A stretch of DNA of 16,022 bases, from the NCBI GenBank assembly GCA_965225855.1, contig CBDDCK010000002.1:1-16022 (forward strand), written 5' to 3'. This DNA comes from Spirochaetia bacterium (GTDB lineage Bacteria; Spirochaetota; Spirochaetia; SP-2023). A program made the position numbers and the translations under genes. The notes under the pieces are model-generated. The model was not told the origin of the DNA and did not search any database. It saw only the letters and a list, made by a program, of their open reading frames with translations. This document shows, piece after piece, positions 1-8,065 of the stretch (the stretch's first letter is position 1; each line of letters opens with the position of its first letter).

Positions 1-306
1 TTAGCGATTACAGGTACTAATTTACCGACAACAATTGCAGAGTGGGACTTTAGCAAATTGACGCTTGTATCCGGTGATGGTAGTAAGAGATACACATTAC
101 CCCAGCACTCAACTGCAGGCGAAAACACAGCCTCAGGTTCTTTAGCAAATACAACAAGCTTAACGATTACTTTAAAGGGTAGTGTAAAAGCGGAAGCCGA
201 TAAGATACTGGTTAAGGGTGGCAACCTTGAAGCAGCAGCAGAATTTGTAATTGGTAGCGCAGAAGACCCAACCACTAGTATTAAAGTTACACATATTAGT
301 AAGTAA
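1..306 (+). CDS. 3' end (partial) of repeat-domain lipoprotein paralog 1 (last B-type repeat)
   Basis: Frame 1 is open from base 1 (LAITGTNLPTTIAEWDFSKLTLVSGDGSKRYTLPQHS...NLEAAAEFVIGSAEDP..., stop TAA at 304-306). It is clearly paralogous to the C-terminal repeats of 1669-3390 and 12915-15014. It lacks about 8 aa found in the other copies (ILVKGG-NLEAAA vs ILVNDGDSDANGAYNLEAAA). The track start at 58 is internal. Confidence 0.85.
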   Translation, partial: LAITGTNLPTTIAEWDFSKLTLVSGDGSKRYTLPQHSTAGENTASGSLANTTSLTITLKGSVKAEADKILVKGGNLEAAAEFVIGSAEDPTTSIKVTHISK

Positions 307-340
307 GGTTTGGTTGTTGCAACGCTTGCATTTGAAAATT

Positions 341-375
341 GCAGCCTTGGTACGTTTTTTATCAAGGTTGCTTTT
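341..375 (+). terminator. Putative intrinsic terminator after lipoprotein paralog 1
   Basis: GCAGCCTTGGTA (341-352) pairs with TATCAAGGTTGC (360-371) with two G-U pairs, followed by TTTT. The same element follows all three lipoprotein genes. Confidence 0.55.
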
Positions 376-385
376 GCCAATTATA

Positions 386-412
386 GCCTTGGTATGGAGA
401 ACATACCAAGGC
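386..412. repeat. Perfect 11-bp stem hairpin GCCTTGGTATG-gagaa-CATACCAAGGC
   Basis: Read directly. It sits where homology with the other two 3' regions ends (395) and lies between convergent genes, so it may act as a bidirectional terminator. Confidence 0.7.
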
Positions 413-506
413 CAAAACCACCAAGCTAAAAAGAACAAAAGGCTAGCTCAAGCTAATTGCTCACTTATAAAAAAAGTTTGGCAGTGGGTTTGCATTTAGT
501 GGGATA

Positions 507-1055
507 TTATTGAGCGATAAGCTTGCTAGCCAGTTCTTCCAGTGTGTTGCCCGACAAACGCAAAATACCATAGCCATTGTCTTGGCATTCCTGTAATACA
601 TCATTATTGATATGCAAAGAGGCAATGCCTATGTAAATCTTAAAGTCTTTGTACATCGGATACAGAATGCGGAACGTCCTTATCATCGTGGGGAATTGGG
701 CTATATCGTTGATATGGGCTTTGCTCTTGACTTCGACAATCGCAATGCTATTACTATTGTAGGCAACGCAGTCGTACTCACCTTGGGTCTGGCCAAAACG
801 GCTTTTGACATTGCGCTCTATATAATCGTAACAAACGCCCCAGAGCACCTTGCCGTTGGTTGTTATACTGTTGCATATAAATTCTTCATTGATTTGCCCT
901 TGGTTGTTCTGGGCACTACCAAACAGCTTTTTCAAATCATTGAGCCCTTGGGTAGTTTCAGCGACTTTCTGGTCAGTTTTGGCCAATTGTTCATCGGTCT
1001 TGGCTTGGGCAATGGCTAAGCTTGCTACTAAGTCTTTTAATTCTTGATCAGTCAT
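507..1055 (-). CDS. Coiled-coil + PD-(D/E)XK nuclease-fold protein (DUF3782-like)
   Basis: N-terminal coiled coil (MTDQELKDLVASLAIAQAKTDEQLAKTDQK), then G..NEEF, GEYDCV and IVEVKSKAH (E...D...ExK motif), ending F..LYP.Y..FKIYIGIA. Family recognised from memory. Confidence 0.8.
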   Translation of the reverse strand: MTDQELKDLVASLAIAQAKTDEQLAKTDQKVAETTQGLNDLKKLFGSAQNNQGQINEEFICNSITTNGKVLWGVCYDYIERNVKSRFGQTQGEYDCVAYNSNSIAIVEVKSKAHINDIAQFPTMIRTFRILYPMYKDFKIYIGIASLHINNDVLQECQDNGYGILRLSGNTLEELASKLIAQ

Positions 1056-1091
1056 TGTATTGGCTCTTTTTGTAAATAAGATTTACCCTCC

Positions 1092-1120
1092 AATATACCC
1101 TAAAGTATAAGTAAAGCCAA
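1092..1120 (-). promoter_or_regulatory. Putative sigma70 promoter for the 507-1055 gene
   Basis: Minus strand TTGGCT (1120-1115) - 17 bp - TATATT (1097-1092), about 36 nt upstream of the ATG. An inverted repeat TGCTTGAC (1122-1129)/GTCAAGCA (1149-1156) lies just upstream. Confidence 0.35.
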
Positions 1121-1330
1121 GTGCTTGACCTAAACTTTTTGGTAAAAAGTCAAGCAATAGTTTGGTTGTACCAAGCCCCACCAAAAGACAAATAAAGTAG
1201 TCGATCGTAAAAACTAGATTATCATAAGCAAAACTATTCTACTACCAAGCGAGTAGTGGGTTACTAGCCATAGTACCCACCCAAAAGGCCAGCAAGGCTT
1301 GGCCAAAGTTTATCTTGTTACAAAAAATTC

Positions 1331-1399
1331 TTGTTAGGCATTAAGAAACTCTATTATTGGGTATTAAGAAACTTTCTTGTTGGGCATTAAGAAATTCTC
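1331..1399 (+). repeat. 3 x 23-bp tandem repeat (consensus TTGTTGGGCATTAAGAAACTCTC)
   Basis: Units at 1331 ttgttaggcattaagaaactcta, 1354 ttattgggtattaagaaactttc and 1377 ttgttgggcattaagaaattctc, plus a partial unit ttgttgg at 1400. Confidence 0.85.
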
Positions 1400-1504
1400 T
1401 TGTTGGTTATGGCAACGTTCTGGTAATAATTATTGTAAGGGGTTTGTTCAAAGCTATTACTAAAAAAGTTTGTAGCCTTAATAAATTTTTCTAGCCTTGC
1501 TATG

Positions 1505-1556
1505 ATACATCTTTCCGCCTTGGATCAAGGCCTTGATCCAAGGCGGAAAGATGTAT
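1505..1556. repeat. 52-bp perfect palindrome with no loop
   Basis: ATACATCTTTCCGCCTTGGATCAAGG|CCTTGATCCAAGGCGGAAAGATGTAT; all 26 pairs checked; centre at 1530/1531. Confidence 0.97.
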
Positions 1557-1600
1557 TGCACCAATGCGGAACAATACTTTATACCAAGGCTATAATTGGC

Positions 1601-1635
1601 AAAAGCAGCCTTGATAAAAAACTTACCAAGGTTGC
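1601..1635 (-). terminator. Putative intrinsic terminator after lipoprotein paralog 2
   Basis: Minus strand GCAACCTTGGTAA-gtttt-TTATCAAGGCTGC-TTTT (one mismatch, one G-U), 33 nt after the stop codon. Confidence 0.5.
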
Positions 1636-1668
1636 AATTGCCAATGCAAGCGTTGCAACAACCAAACC

Positions 1669-3390
1669 CTACCTATAAACTAAAATACCAGTGTTTGGGT
1701 CTTCTGGACTACCAGGTACAAATTCTGCTGCTGCTTCAAGGTTATATGCACCATTAGCATCACTATTACCATTCTTAACCAGTATCTTCTCGACTTCCGC
1801 TTTTACACTACCGCTTAAAGTAATCGTTAATCTTGTTGCACTTGCTTCAGAACCTGTGGCTGTGTTTGCACCTGTGTTTGAGTGCCGTGGTAATGTGTAT
1901 CTCTTCTTACCATCACCGGATACAAGCGTCAATTTGCTAAAGTCCCAGTCTGCAACTGCTGTCGGTAACTTGCTACCTCTAATATATAACACGCCTCCAT
2001 AAGCATCGTAGATTGCACTGGTGATGCTGGCTAAATACCCGCTAACGGTAATCGGGTTGCTTGGGTCTTCTGCGCTACCACCTGCAAAGCCTGCTGCTGC
2101 TTCCAGGTTGTATGCACCAGTATCATCACGAAGACCATCGTTAACCAGTATCTTCTCGGCTTCCGCTTTTACACTACCGCTTAAAGTAATACTTAAGTAG
2201 GTTGTACCTGCACGAGAACCTGTGGCTGTGTTTTCACCTGCAATTGAGTGCTGGGGTAATGGGTATCTCTTACTACCATCACCGGATACAAGCGTCAATT
2301 TGCTAAAGTCCCAGTCTGCAACTGCTTTTGGTAAATTAGTACCTATAATATATAACTCGCTTGTATTAACATTGTAGGTTACACTGGTAATTGCGGGTGC
2401 GGGGTTACCACTAACGGCCAAGGCTTTGGCTGTATTTAAACCCGCCCAAGTACCAGTACCAACGCTAAGCAACCCATCTTTTAGACCATTGCTATTCATA
2501 CCTGTCTTGCCATTCAGAGTAGCTTTATCGGCATCGGTAAGGTAAAGCCAAAGCGCTGTGCCAGCGCTATGCAGGCGGTACTTACCTTTTGCCAGACCAC
2601 GACTATCTGGCCCAGTGGCTGTGGCAGTATAGGAACTTAAGGCTAAGCCATCTACCACGATGGTTTGGATTTGGGCTTGGGTCGCACTACCTAAGCGAGT
2701 ACCTTGTACAGTTAACAGAGCCGTGCCAACATGGTAGGTTGCACGGGTAATTGCAGCTTCGGGTAGTTCATGCGACTGCTTATCTTCAGCTTGTTCGACT
2801 TCTTCAGCTTGTTCGACTTCAGTTTGCTTAGGCGACTCTTCTTCAGCTTGTTCGTCTTGTTCGTCTTCTTCAGCTTGCTTAGATGGCTGATTGTCATCGG
2901 ATACTTTAGACTGCTTATTTTCGGGTACATTCCTAACGGTTAAGTCTTTGGCTGTATTTAAACCCGCCCAAGCACCAGAGCTAGTAAGCAACCCTTTTTT
3001 TAGACCATTGGTATTCATACCCACCTTGGTCTGAAGAGCAGCTTTATGTGGATCGGTAAGTCTAAGCCAAAGCTCTGTGCCATCGTTTGCAATACGGTAC
3101 TTACCTTTTGCAAGACCGTTACTATCTGGCCCAGTGGCTGGGTCATCTGCAGTATAGGAATCTAAAGCTATGCCATCTACTACGATGGTTTGGATTTGGG
3201 CTTCTGTAGGACTTAAGTCAGTACCTTGTACGGTTAACAGAGCCGTAGCAAAGTCGTAGATGGCATTATTGATAGACGGCCCAGAAGATGGCCCAGAAGA
3301 TCGATCATCGTCATCGGGTGGGGCGCAGGCCAAGGCCATAAAGGCCAGTAGCAATGCTACAGGCAATAAAAGTAGTTTGAGCTTATACAT
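1669..3390 (-). CDS. Repeat-domain surface lipoprotein paralog 2 (573 aa; signal II + A1 + acidic linker + A2 + B1 + B2)
   Basis: ATG at 3390 has GGAGG 8 nt upstream, which is preferred over the track's TTG at 3426. Signal peptide MYKLKLLLLPVALLLAFMALA-C22 has a lipobox. Two ~115-aa A repeats (I..A.Y...TALLTVQG...AWAGLNTAK.L.V) and two ~120-aa B repeats (ITS..Y....L.I.G..LP...DWDFSKLTLVSGDG...YNLEAAA), beta-rich and Ig-like in character. Confidence 0.88.
   Translation of the reverse strand: MYKLKLLLLPVALLLAFMALACAPPDDDDRSSGPSSGPSINNAIYDFATALLTVQGTDLSPTEAQIQTIVVDGIALDSYTADDPATGPDSNGLAKGKYRIANDGTELWLRLTDPHKAALQTKVGMNTNGLKKGLLTSSGAWAGLNTAKDLTVRNVPENKQSKVSDDNQPSKQAEEDEQDEQAEEESPKQTEVEQAEEVEQAEDKQSHELPEAAITRATYHVGTALLTVQGTRLGSATQAQIQTIVVDGLALSSYTATATGPDSRGLAKGKYRLHSAGTALWLYLTDADKATLNGKTGMNSNGLKDGLLSVGTGTWAGLNTAKALAVSGNPAPAITSVTYNVNTSELYIIGTNLPKAVADWDFSKLTLVSGDGSKRYPLPQHSIAGENTATGSRAGTTYLSITLSGSVKAEAEKILVNDGLRDDTGAYNLEAAAGFAGGSAEDPSNPITVSGYLASITSAIYDAYGGVLYIRGSKLPTAVADWDFSKLTLVSGDGKKRYTLPRHSNTGANTATGSEASATRLTITLSGSVKAEVEKILVKNGNSDANGAYNLEAAAEFVPGSPEDPNTGILVYR
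2758..2928 (-). repeat. Intragenic Glu/Gln-rich linker built of 9/18-bp tandem units
   Basis: Encodes EQAEE/EQDE repeats. Exact 18-bp tandem TCTTCAGCTTGTTCGACT at 2783-2800 and 2801-2818. The counterpart at ~13402-13533 has a different unit order and length. Confidence 0.8.
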
Positions 3391-3551
3391 AAGCAATACC
3401 TCCAACAATGGATAAAGATTGGCCAACCCATACGGGCTAGTCTGTAAATCCCCATTTTGCTAGGGGGGTGTTGCGTCAAGGCCTTTATAAGGCTTTTTGT
3501 AAGTTTTTTTGTGTTAGGGCACTTTTTTTGTGTCTTAGTGTTGTAAGGTGG

Positions 3552-3567
3552 TTCAAAATCCATGCCA
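3552..3567 (-). promoter_or_regulatory. Possible sigma54 (-24/-12) promoter at the start of the shared lipoprotein leader
   Basis: Minus strand TGGCATG-gatt-TTGAA versus consensus TGGCAYR-N4-TTGCW (GA instead of GC at -12). The counterpart at 12703-12718 is TGGCATGGATTTTTAA. Confidence 0.3.
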
Positions 3568-3641
3568 ATCAAAAGGCTTAAGGGGCTTGGTTTGGCCTTT
3601 GGTTGTTTCAATGCAATGATCAATAGTTTTGGCTATATTGG

Positions 3642-3714
3642 CTTCTCCCTATTTAGTCGGGGCTCTTCTGGATATTTAGTTGCGACTCTTCTCACTATTT
3701 AGTCGGGGCTCTTC
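3642..3714 (+). repeat. 3 x 23-bp tandem repeat upstream of lipoprotein 2 (TATTTAGTCGGGGCTCTTCnnnn)
   Basis: tatttagtcggggctcttc at 3650, tatttagttgcgactcttc at 3673 and tatttagtcggggctcttc at 3696, preceded by a partial unit cttctccc at 3642. Confidence 0.88.
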
Positions 3715-3852
3715 ACGCAAAGAATTTTGACAATACAGTGTTGATCGGGTTTGTTGCTTTGGGGTGTTAGTTGGGGGTTGGGTAGTTATTGGGTGGGCCT
3801 TTGCGTTGTTTCAGCCTTTGCTTGTTCCATACTAATTTTTAAAGATGAAACA

Positions 3853-4338
3853 TTACTTATGGCAATAATCTAATAGTATTGCCAACGCTTTGCGAACACT
3901 TGCATAGCGGATAGAACTTCGGTCCCCAGTAAAATAATTTTCTACTACAGTAGAACTCACGCTATCGGCAAGGGCAATATAAACTAATCCCACAGCTTTG
4001 TTTTCTGATACGCTAGGGCCAGCAACTCCCGTTATCGCTAACGCTATTTCTGTTTGTGCTACAGAGCGCATACCTCTTGCCATTTCTGCTGCTGTCTGTT
4101 TACTCACTGCACCAAATGCTTCAATCGTTTCAGGGTGAACACCCAAGTCATCTATTTTAGACTGGTTTGAATATGCAACAAAGCCACGCTCAAAAATAGC
4201 CGATGCCCCAGGAATTGCCGTAATAGCAGCAGCCAGTAGCCCTCCCGTACAGGATTCAGCAGTTGCCAATTTGCTACTTTGTTTCTGCAAAACCTTGGTA
4301 AGCTCTTCGGCTAAATCTTTGGTCAAGTATTGGGGCAT
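3853..4338 (-). CDS. pncC: CinA C-terminal domain protein / nicotinamide mononucleotide deamidase (PncC)
   Basis: Motifs LATAESCTGG, GFVAYSN.SK, GAVS..TA.EMA.G and ITGVAGP...VGLVYIA; stand-alone 161-aa form without the N-terminal MoCF-like domain. Confidence 0.9.
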   Translation of the reverse strand: MPQYLTKDLAEELTKVLQKQSSKLATAESCTGGLLAAAITAIPGASAIFERGFVAYSNQSKIDDLGVHPETIEAFGAVSKQTAAEMARGMRSVAQTEIALAITGVAGPSVSENKAVGLVYIALADSVSSTVVENYFTGDRSSIRYASVRKALAILLDYCHK

Positions 4339-4345
4339 TTTAAGG

Positions 4346-5059
4346 CTATATCATCTTGCGCAAAGTAGGTAAAAAATCACGCAAATAAAGGAAAAACGAA
4401 TACCAAGAAGCTAGCACCGAAATGAAAAAACTCAAAGGTAGCAGCCATGCACGCAATATTCCATAAATAAAAGCGGAAATATTTTGAGAATCAAGTGCCA
4501 GCGTAAAGCTACAAATTCCGTCAAATCGGGCAGAAGCAGCCCCGGTAACCCTTCGTAACCACTGCGAATCCCACAAAGCATGAGAGACTGGCCAATGGCC
4601 AAATAAAAATAAAAGCAGAGCCAAGCTAGTTGCAACACAGTAAATAACCGCTTTCACCTTCCCAACCCAACGCGCAGGCAGTGCCCCTTGGCCAGAAAGC
4701 TGCACTAGCTGCCGTACAAATAACATAGCAATCTCACGCCACAAAATTAAAATAAAAGCATAGGTAGGCATCAAACGAATTTGGTAAAAACAAAAGAAGT
4801 AGGTTATCCGACTGAAAACATCGCTAAACGGGTCCATCAACTTCCCCACTCCAGAAGTTTGGCTCATTTGCCGAGCGACAATACCGTCTAGTAAATCACT
4901 TACTTCTGAACCTATAAACAACAGCAGCAAAAAGAATAAGACGATAATTTTTAAGAATGCTGAAATATGAAATATTTGTTGCACAACCAATTGAAACAAG
5001 GCAAAAAATATGGGAGCAATGACAATGCGGGCCATGGTAATTTTATTTGCCAAAGTCAT
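4346..5059 (-). CDS. pgsA: CDP-diacylglycerol--glycerol-3-phosphate 3-phosphatidyltransferase (CDP-alcohol phosphotransferase)
   Basis: MTLANKITMARI start; signature DLLDGIVARQMSQTSGVGKLMDPFSD; ILWRE and GKVK motifs; several hydrophobic helices. Overlaps the 3' end of uvrA by 17 bp. Confidence 0.88.
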   Translation of the reverse strand: MTLANKITMARIVIAPIFFALFQLVVQQIFHISAFLKIIVLFFLLLLFIGSEVSDLLDGIVARQMSQTSGVGKLMDPFSDVFSRITYFFCFYQIRLMPTYAFILILWREIAMLFVRQLVQLSGQGALPARWVGKVKAVIYCVATSLALLLFLFGHWPVSHALWDSQWLRRVTGAASARFDGICSFTLALDSQNISAFIYGILRAWLLPLSFFISVLASWYSFFLYLRDFLPTLRKMI

Positions 5060-7982
5060 ATAAAATATCCTTTAGGAAACAACCGGTATAGGAAACGGCT
5101 ACTTGGGAAACCTCTTCTGGGCTCCCTTGAGCTACGACAGTACCTCCACCCATACCTCCTTCTGGCCCCATATCAATGATATAATCTGCTTGTTTAATCA
5201 CATCTAAATTGTGTTCAATCATACAAATAGTCGCACCTTTATCAACCAAACTGTGCAATACCTCTAGCAATTTTTTGACATCGGCAAAATGCAGTCCTGT
5301 AGTGGGTTCATCAATGATATACAACGTATTGCTGCCGCCGCGTTTGCTCAATTCACTCGCCAGTTTAACGCGCTGGGCCTCACCGCCCGATAGTGTTACA
5401 GCGGACTGGCCAAGGTTCATATAGCTCAGCCCAACTTCTGCCAAAGTTTCCAACTTACCCTTAATTTGTGGAATCGCACTAAAAAATTCCACACCATCTT
5501 GTATGGTCATTTCCAGCACATCGTGAATATTTTTACCCTTATACCGGACTTCCAAAGTTTCCTGATTAAAACGCTTGCCATTGCAAATATCGCAAGTGAC
5601 GTGCACATCGGGGAGAAAATGCATTTCAATCCGCCGCGTGCCACCACCTTCACAGGCCTCGCACCGCCCATTTTTAACATTAAAAGAAAACCGCCCGCTA
5701 CTATAACCGCGTGCTCGTGCTTCTGGCAAAGTAGCAAATAATTCTCGGATAGGCGTCCATGCTCCGACATAAGTTGCCGGATTGCTGCGCGAATTGCGCC
5801 CAATCGGGCTTTGATCGATGCGGATTACTTTTTTAAAGTGCTCGGCGCCCGTTAAGCTGCCAAATTTCCCCACCGCCTTTTTCTTGCCTTGGGCCAGCGC
5901 ATTGAAAATCGCTGGATACAGTACATCTTCTAGCATGGTCGATTTGCCCGAACCCGAAACCCCTGTGATTAAAGTCATCGTCCCTAGCGGAATGCGAATA
6001 TCAACATTTTTCAGGTTATGCTCACGTACTTCTGTCAATTCTAAAAACGGGCCGTCAACGGCTCTACGCTGGGTAGGTACAGGAATTGTCAATTTACCAG
6101 AAAGGAATTGTCCTGTTTTACTTTCGGCAACTTGCATAACCGCTTCCGGCGGGCCTTGGGCCACAACAAAGCCTCCGTGCACTCCAGCCCCCGGGCCAAT
6201 GTCTACGATATAATCGGCCACCCGCAAAGTTTGTTCATCATGCTCTACAACGATAACAGTGTTATCTAAACTTTTTAAGTGCAGCAAAGTATCGATCAAT
6301 TTTTGATTATCGCGCTGATGGAGACCAATAGAAGGTTCATCGAGAATGTAGAGAACGCCCGTTAGTTGCGAACCAATTTGCGTTGCCAAACGAATGCGCT
6401 GGGTCTCTCCACCAGAAAGTGTAGCTGCGCTGCGTTCTAAGCTTAAATAATTTAGTCCAACACTTTCGAGAAAGCCCAACCGGGCTTGGATTTCTTTCAA
6501 TATTTGGTTAGATATTTGTTGCTGGGTTTTTCCAAGTTGCAAGTTTGCCACAAAAGCCCTTGCATCACTAATAGAAGCAGCGCATAGTTCCACAATACTT
6601 TTGCGCTTAGGGGCGGGCTGTTTTTTGAGGACTCTTTTTTCTATGCTTTGATTTTGGCTCTCGAGTGGCTTTGTTGTTAAGTAAATAGATAGTGCTTCTT
6701 TCCTTAGACGTTGGCCTTTACAGGAAGGGCAATCCGTCTGGCGCATATATTCTTCAAACCAATTGCGCATTCGCTCTGAATCCGCATCTTTATAGCGTTG
6801 CTGCAAATCCGCAAAAATGCCGGTAAATTGTATACTTTGGTTCGATGTTCCACCGTGTATCCGGCGATAACGAAAACGAATGGTATCCTTTGAACCATAT
6901 AGCAATTTATCTTGCTGTTGTTTATTAAGCGATTCCCAACAATCATCTAAGGAAAAATCCCAAGCTTCTGCTAATGCTGTAAATAAACTACTATACCATC
7001 GACTGTTACCCAAACGATGTAGCTGCAGTATGCCTTCTTTTAAACTTGCTTTTGGATTGGGGCAAAGCAAGTCAAAATCAAACTCAAATAACTGACCCAG
7101 GCCGCCACAATAACCGCAAGCACCTACCGGACTGTTAAAGGAAAATAAACGCGGCTCTAATTCAGGTAAGCTATAGCCACATGTGCTACAAGAATTATGT
7201 TCGGAAAAAAATAGCTCTTCATTTTTTGGTTGCTCAGATAATTTTGCCGATTTGTGAGCTAAGGGCTTGTGGGCTAAGTCTAGCAGTACTTGCCCTGCAC
7301 TTAATTCCAGCGCGGTTTCCACCGCATCAGCCAAACGGCGGCGGCTCTCGGCATTGAGTTTGATCCGATCGACTACAATTTCAATATTGTATTTGTAGCG
7401 TTTGTCTAGCTGAATTTCTTCTTCGAGCAAATGTTCTTTGCCGTTAATGCGCACGCGGCTAAAACCACTTTTCCGAGCATCTTCAAATAATTTTTGACCC
7501 TCTGTTTTGCGATTCCTTAACATCGGAGCCAAAACCAACAGCCGTGAGTCTTCGGGAAGTTGTAAAATCGTTTCCAAAATTTGGTCGACCGACTGCTCTT
7601 CGATGGGAATGTTGCAGTTGGGGCAGTACGGTTTACCCACACGGGCATAGAGCAACCGCAGATAATCGTAAATTTCTGTAACCGTCCCCACCGTTGAACG
7701 CGGGTTGCGATGGGTTGTTTTCTGCTCTATGGCAATTGCTGGGGAAAGCCCTTCGATGTAATCGACATCGGGTTTTTCCATCAAACCGAGAAATTGGCGC
7801 GCATAGGCAGAAAGTGATTCCACATAGCGGCGTTGGCCTTCGGCATAAATGGTGTCAAACGCCAAAGACGATTTGCCACTACCAGACAAACCAGAAATAA
7901 CCACTAAGCACCCCCGTGGAAACTCTACGTCAATATTTTTTAGATTATGTTCGCGGGCACCCTGCACTTTTAACATTTTCAT
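5043..7982 (-). CDS. uvrA: Excinuclease ABC subunit A
   Basis: GAREHNLKNI; Walker A motifs GLSGSGKSS and GVSGSGKST; signatures LSGGETQRI and LSGGEAQRV; LDEPSIGLH and IDEPTTGLH; CxxC zinc fingers. ATG at 7982 (MKMLKV) chosen over the track start at 8000. Confidence 0.98.
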   Translation of the reverse strand: MKMLKVQGAREHNLKNIDVEFPRGCLVVISGLSGSGKSSLAFDTIYAEGQRRYVESLSAYARQFLGLMEKPDVDYIEGLSPAIAIEQKTTHRNPRSTVGTVTEIYDYLRLLYARVGKPYCPNCNIPIEEQSVDQILETILQLPEDSRLLVLAPMLRNRKTEGQKLFEDARKSGFSRVRINGKEHLLEEEIQLDKRYKYNIEIVVDRIKLNAESRRRLADAVETALELSAGQVLLDLAHKPLAHKSAKLSEQPKNEELFFSEHNSCSTCGYSLPELEPRLFSFNSPVGACGYCGGLGQLFEFDFDLLCPNPKASLKEGILQLHRLGNSRWYSSLFTALAEAWDFSLDDCWESLNKQQQDKLLYGSKDTIRFRYRRIHGGTSNQSIQFTGIFADLQQRYKDADSERMRNWFEEYMRQTDCPSCKGQRLRKEALSIYLTTKPLESQNQSIEKRVLKKQPAPKRKSIVELCAASISDARAFVANLQLGKTQQQISNQILKEIQARLGFLESVGLNYLSLERSAATLSGGETQRIRLATQIGSQLTGVLYILDEPSIGLHQRDNQKLIDTLLHLKSLDNTVIVVEHDEQTLRVADYIVDIGPGAGVHGGFVVAQGPPEAVMQVAESKTGQFLSGKLTIPVPTQRRAVDGPFLELTEVREHNLKNVDIRIPLGTMTLITGVSGSGKSTMLEDVLYPAIFNALAQGKKKAVGKFGSLTGAEHFKKVIRIDQSPIGRNSRSNPATYVGAWTPIRELFATLPEARARGYSSGRFSFNVKNGRCEACEGGGTRRIEMHFLPDVHVTCDICNGKRFNQETLEVRYKGKNIHDVLEMTIQDGVEFFSAIPQIKGKLETLAEVGLSYMNLGQSAVTLSGGEAQRVKLASELSKRGGSNTLYIIDEPTTGLHFADVKKLLEVLHSLVDKGATICMIEHNLDVIKQADYIIDMGPEGGMGGGTVVAQGSPEEVSQVAVSYTGCFLKDILYDFGK

Positions 7983-8065
7983 ATGGTTATCTCTAATCAA
8001 AAAGCAGGCATTGGCTTTTACGAACGCCTCCTTAATTACGCGTTTCTTTAAGACAAAAAGCCGTA

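Larger units (their letters stand above)
1279..3570 (-). repeat. Left arm of long imperfect inverted repeat (leader + lipoprotein gene + 3' noncoding block)
   Basis: Its reverse complement aligns with 12700-15403, from GATTGGCATGGATTTT at one end to CTTTGGCCAAGCCTTGCT.GCCTTTTGGGT at the other, including about 390 bp of near-identical 3' noncoding DNA. Confidence 0.9.

Noticed and set aside
1331..1399. CRISPR interpretation of the 23-bp arrays
   Set aside because: Units are contiguous with no unique spacers, there are only 2-3 copies, and no cas genes are present.
1669..2400. Diversity-generating retroelement as the source of repeat variation
   Set aside because: No reverse transcriptase or noncoding template repeat in the window; differences include indels and shared multi-codon patches rather than adenine-specific substitutions (judged by eye).
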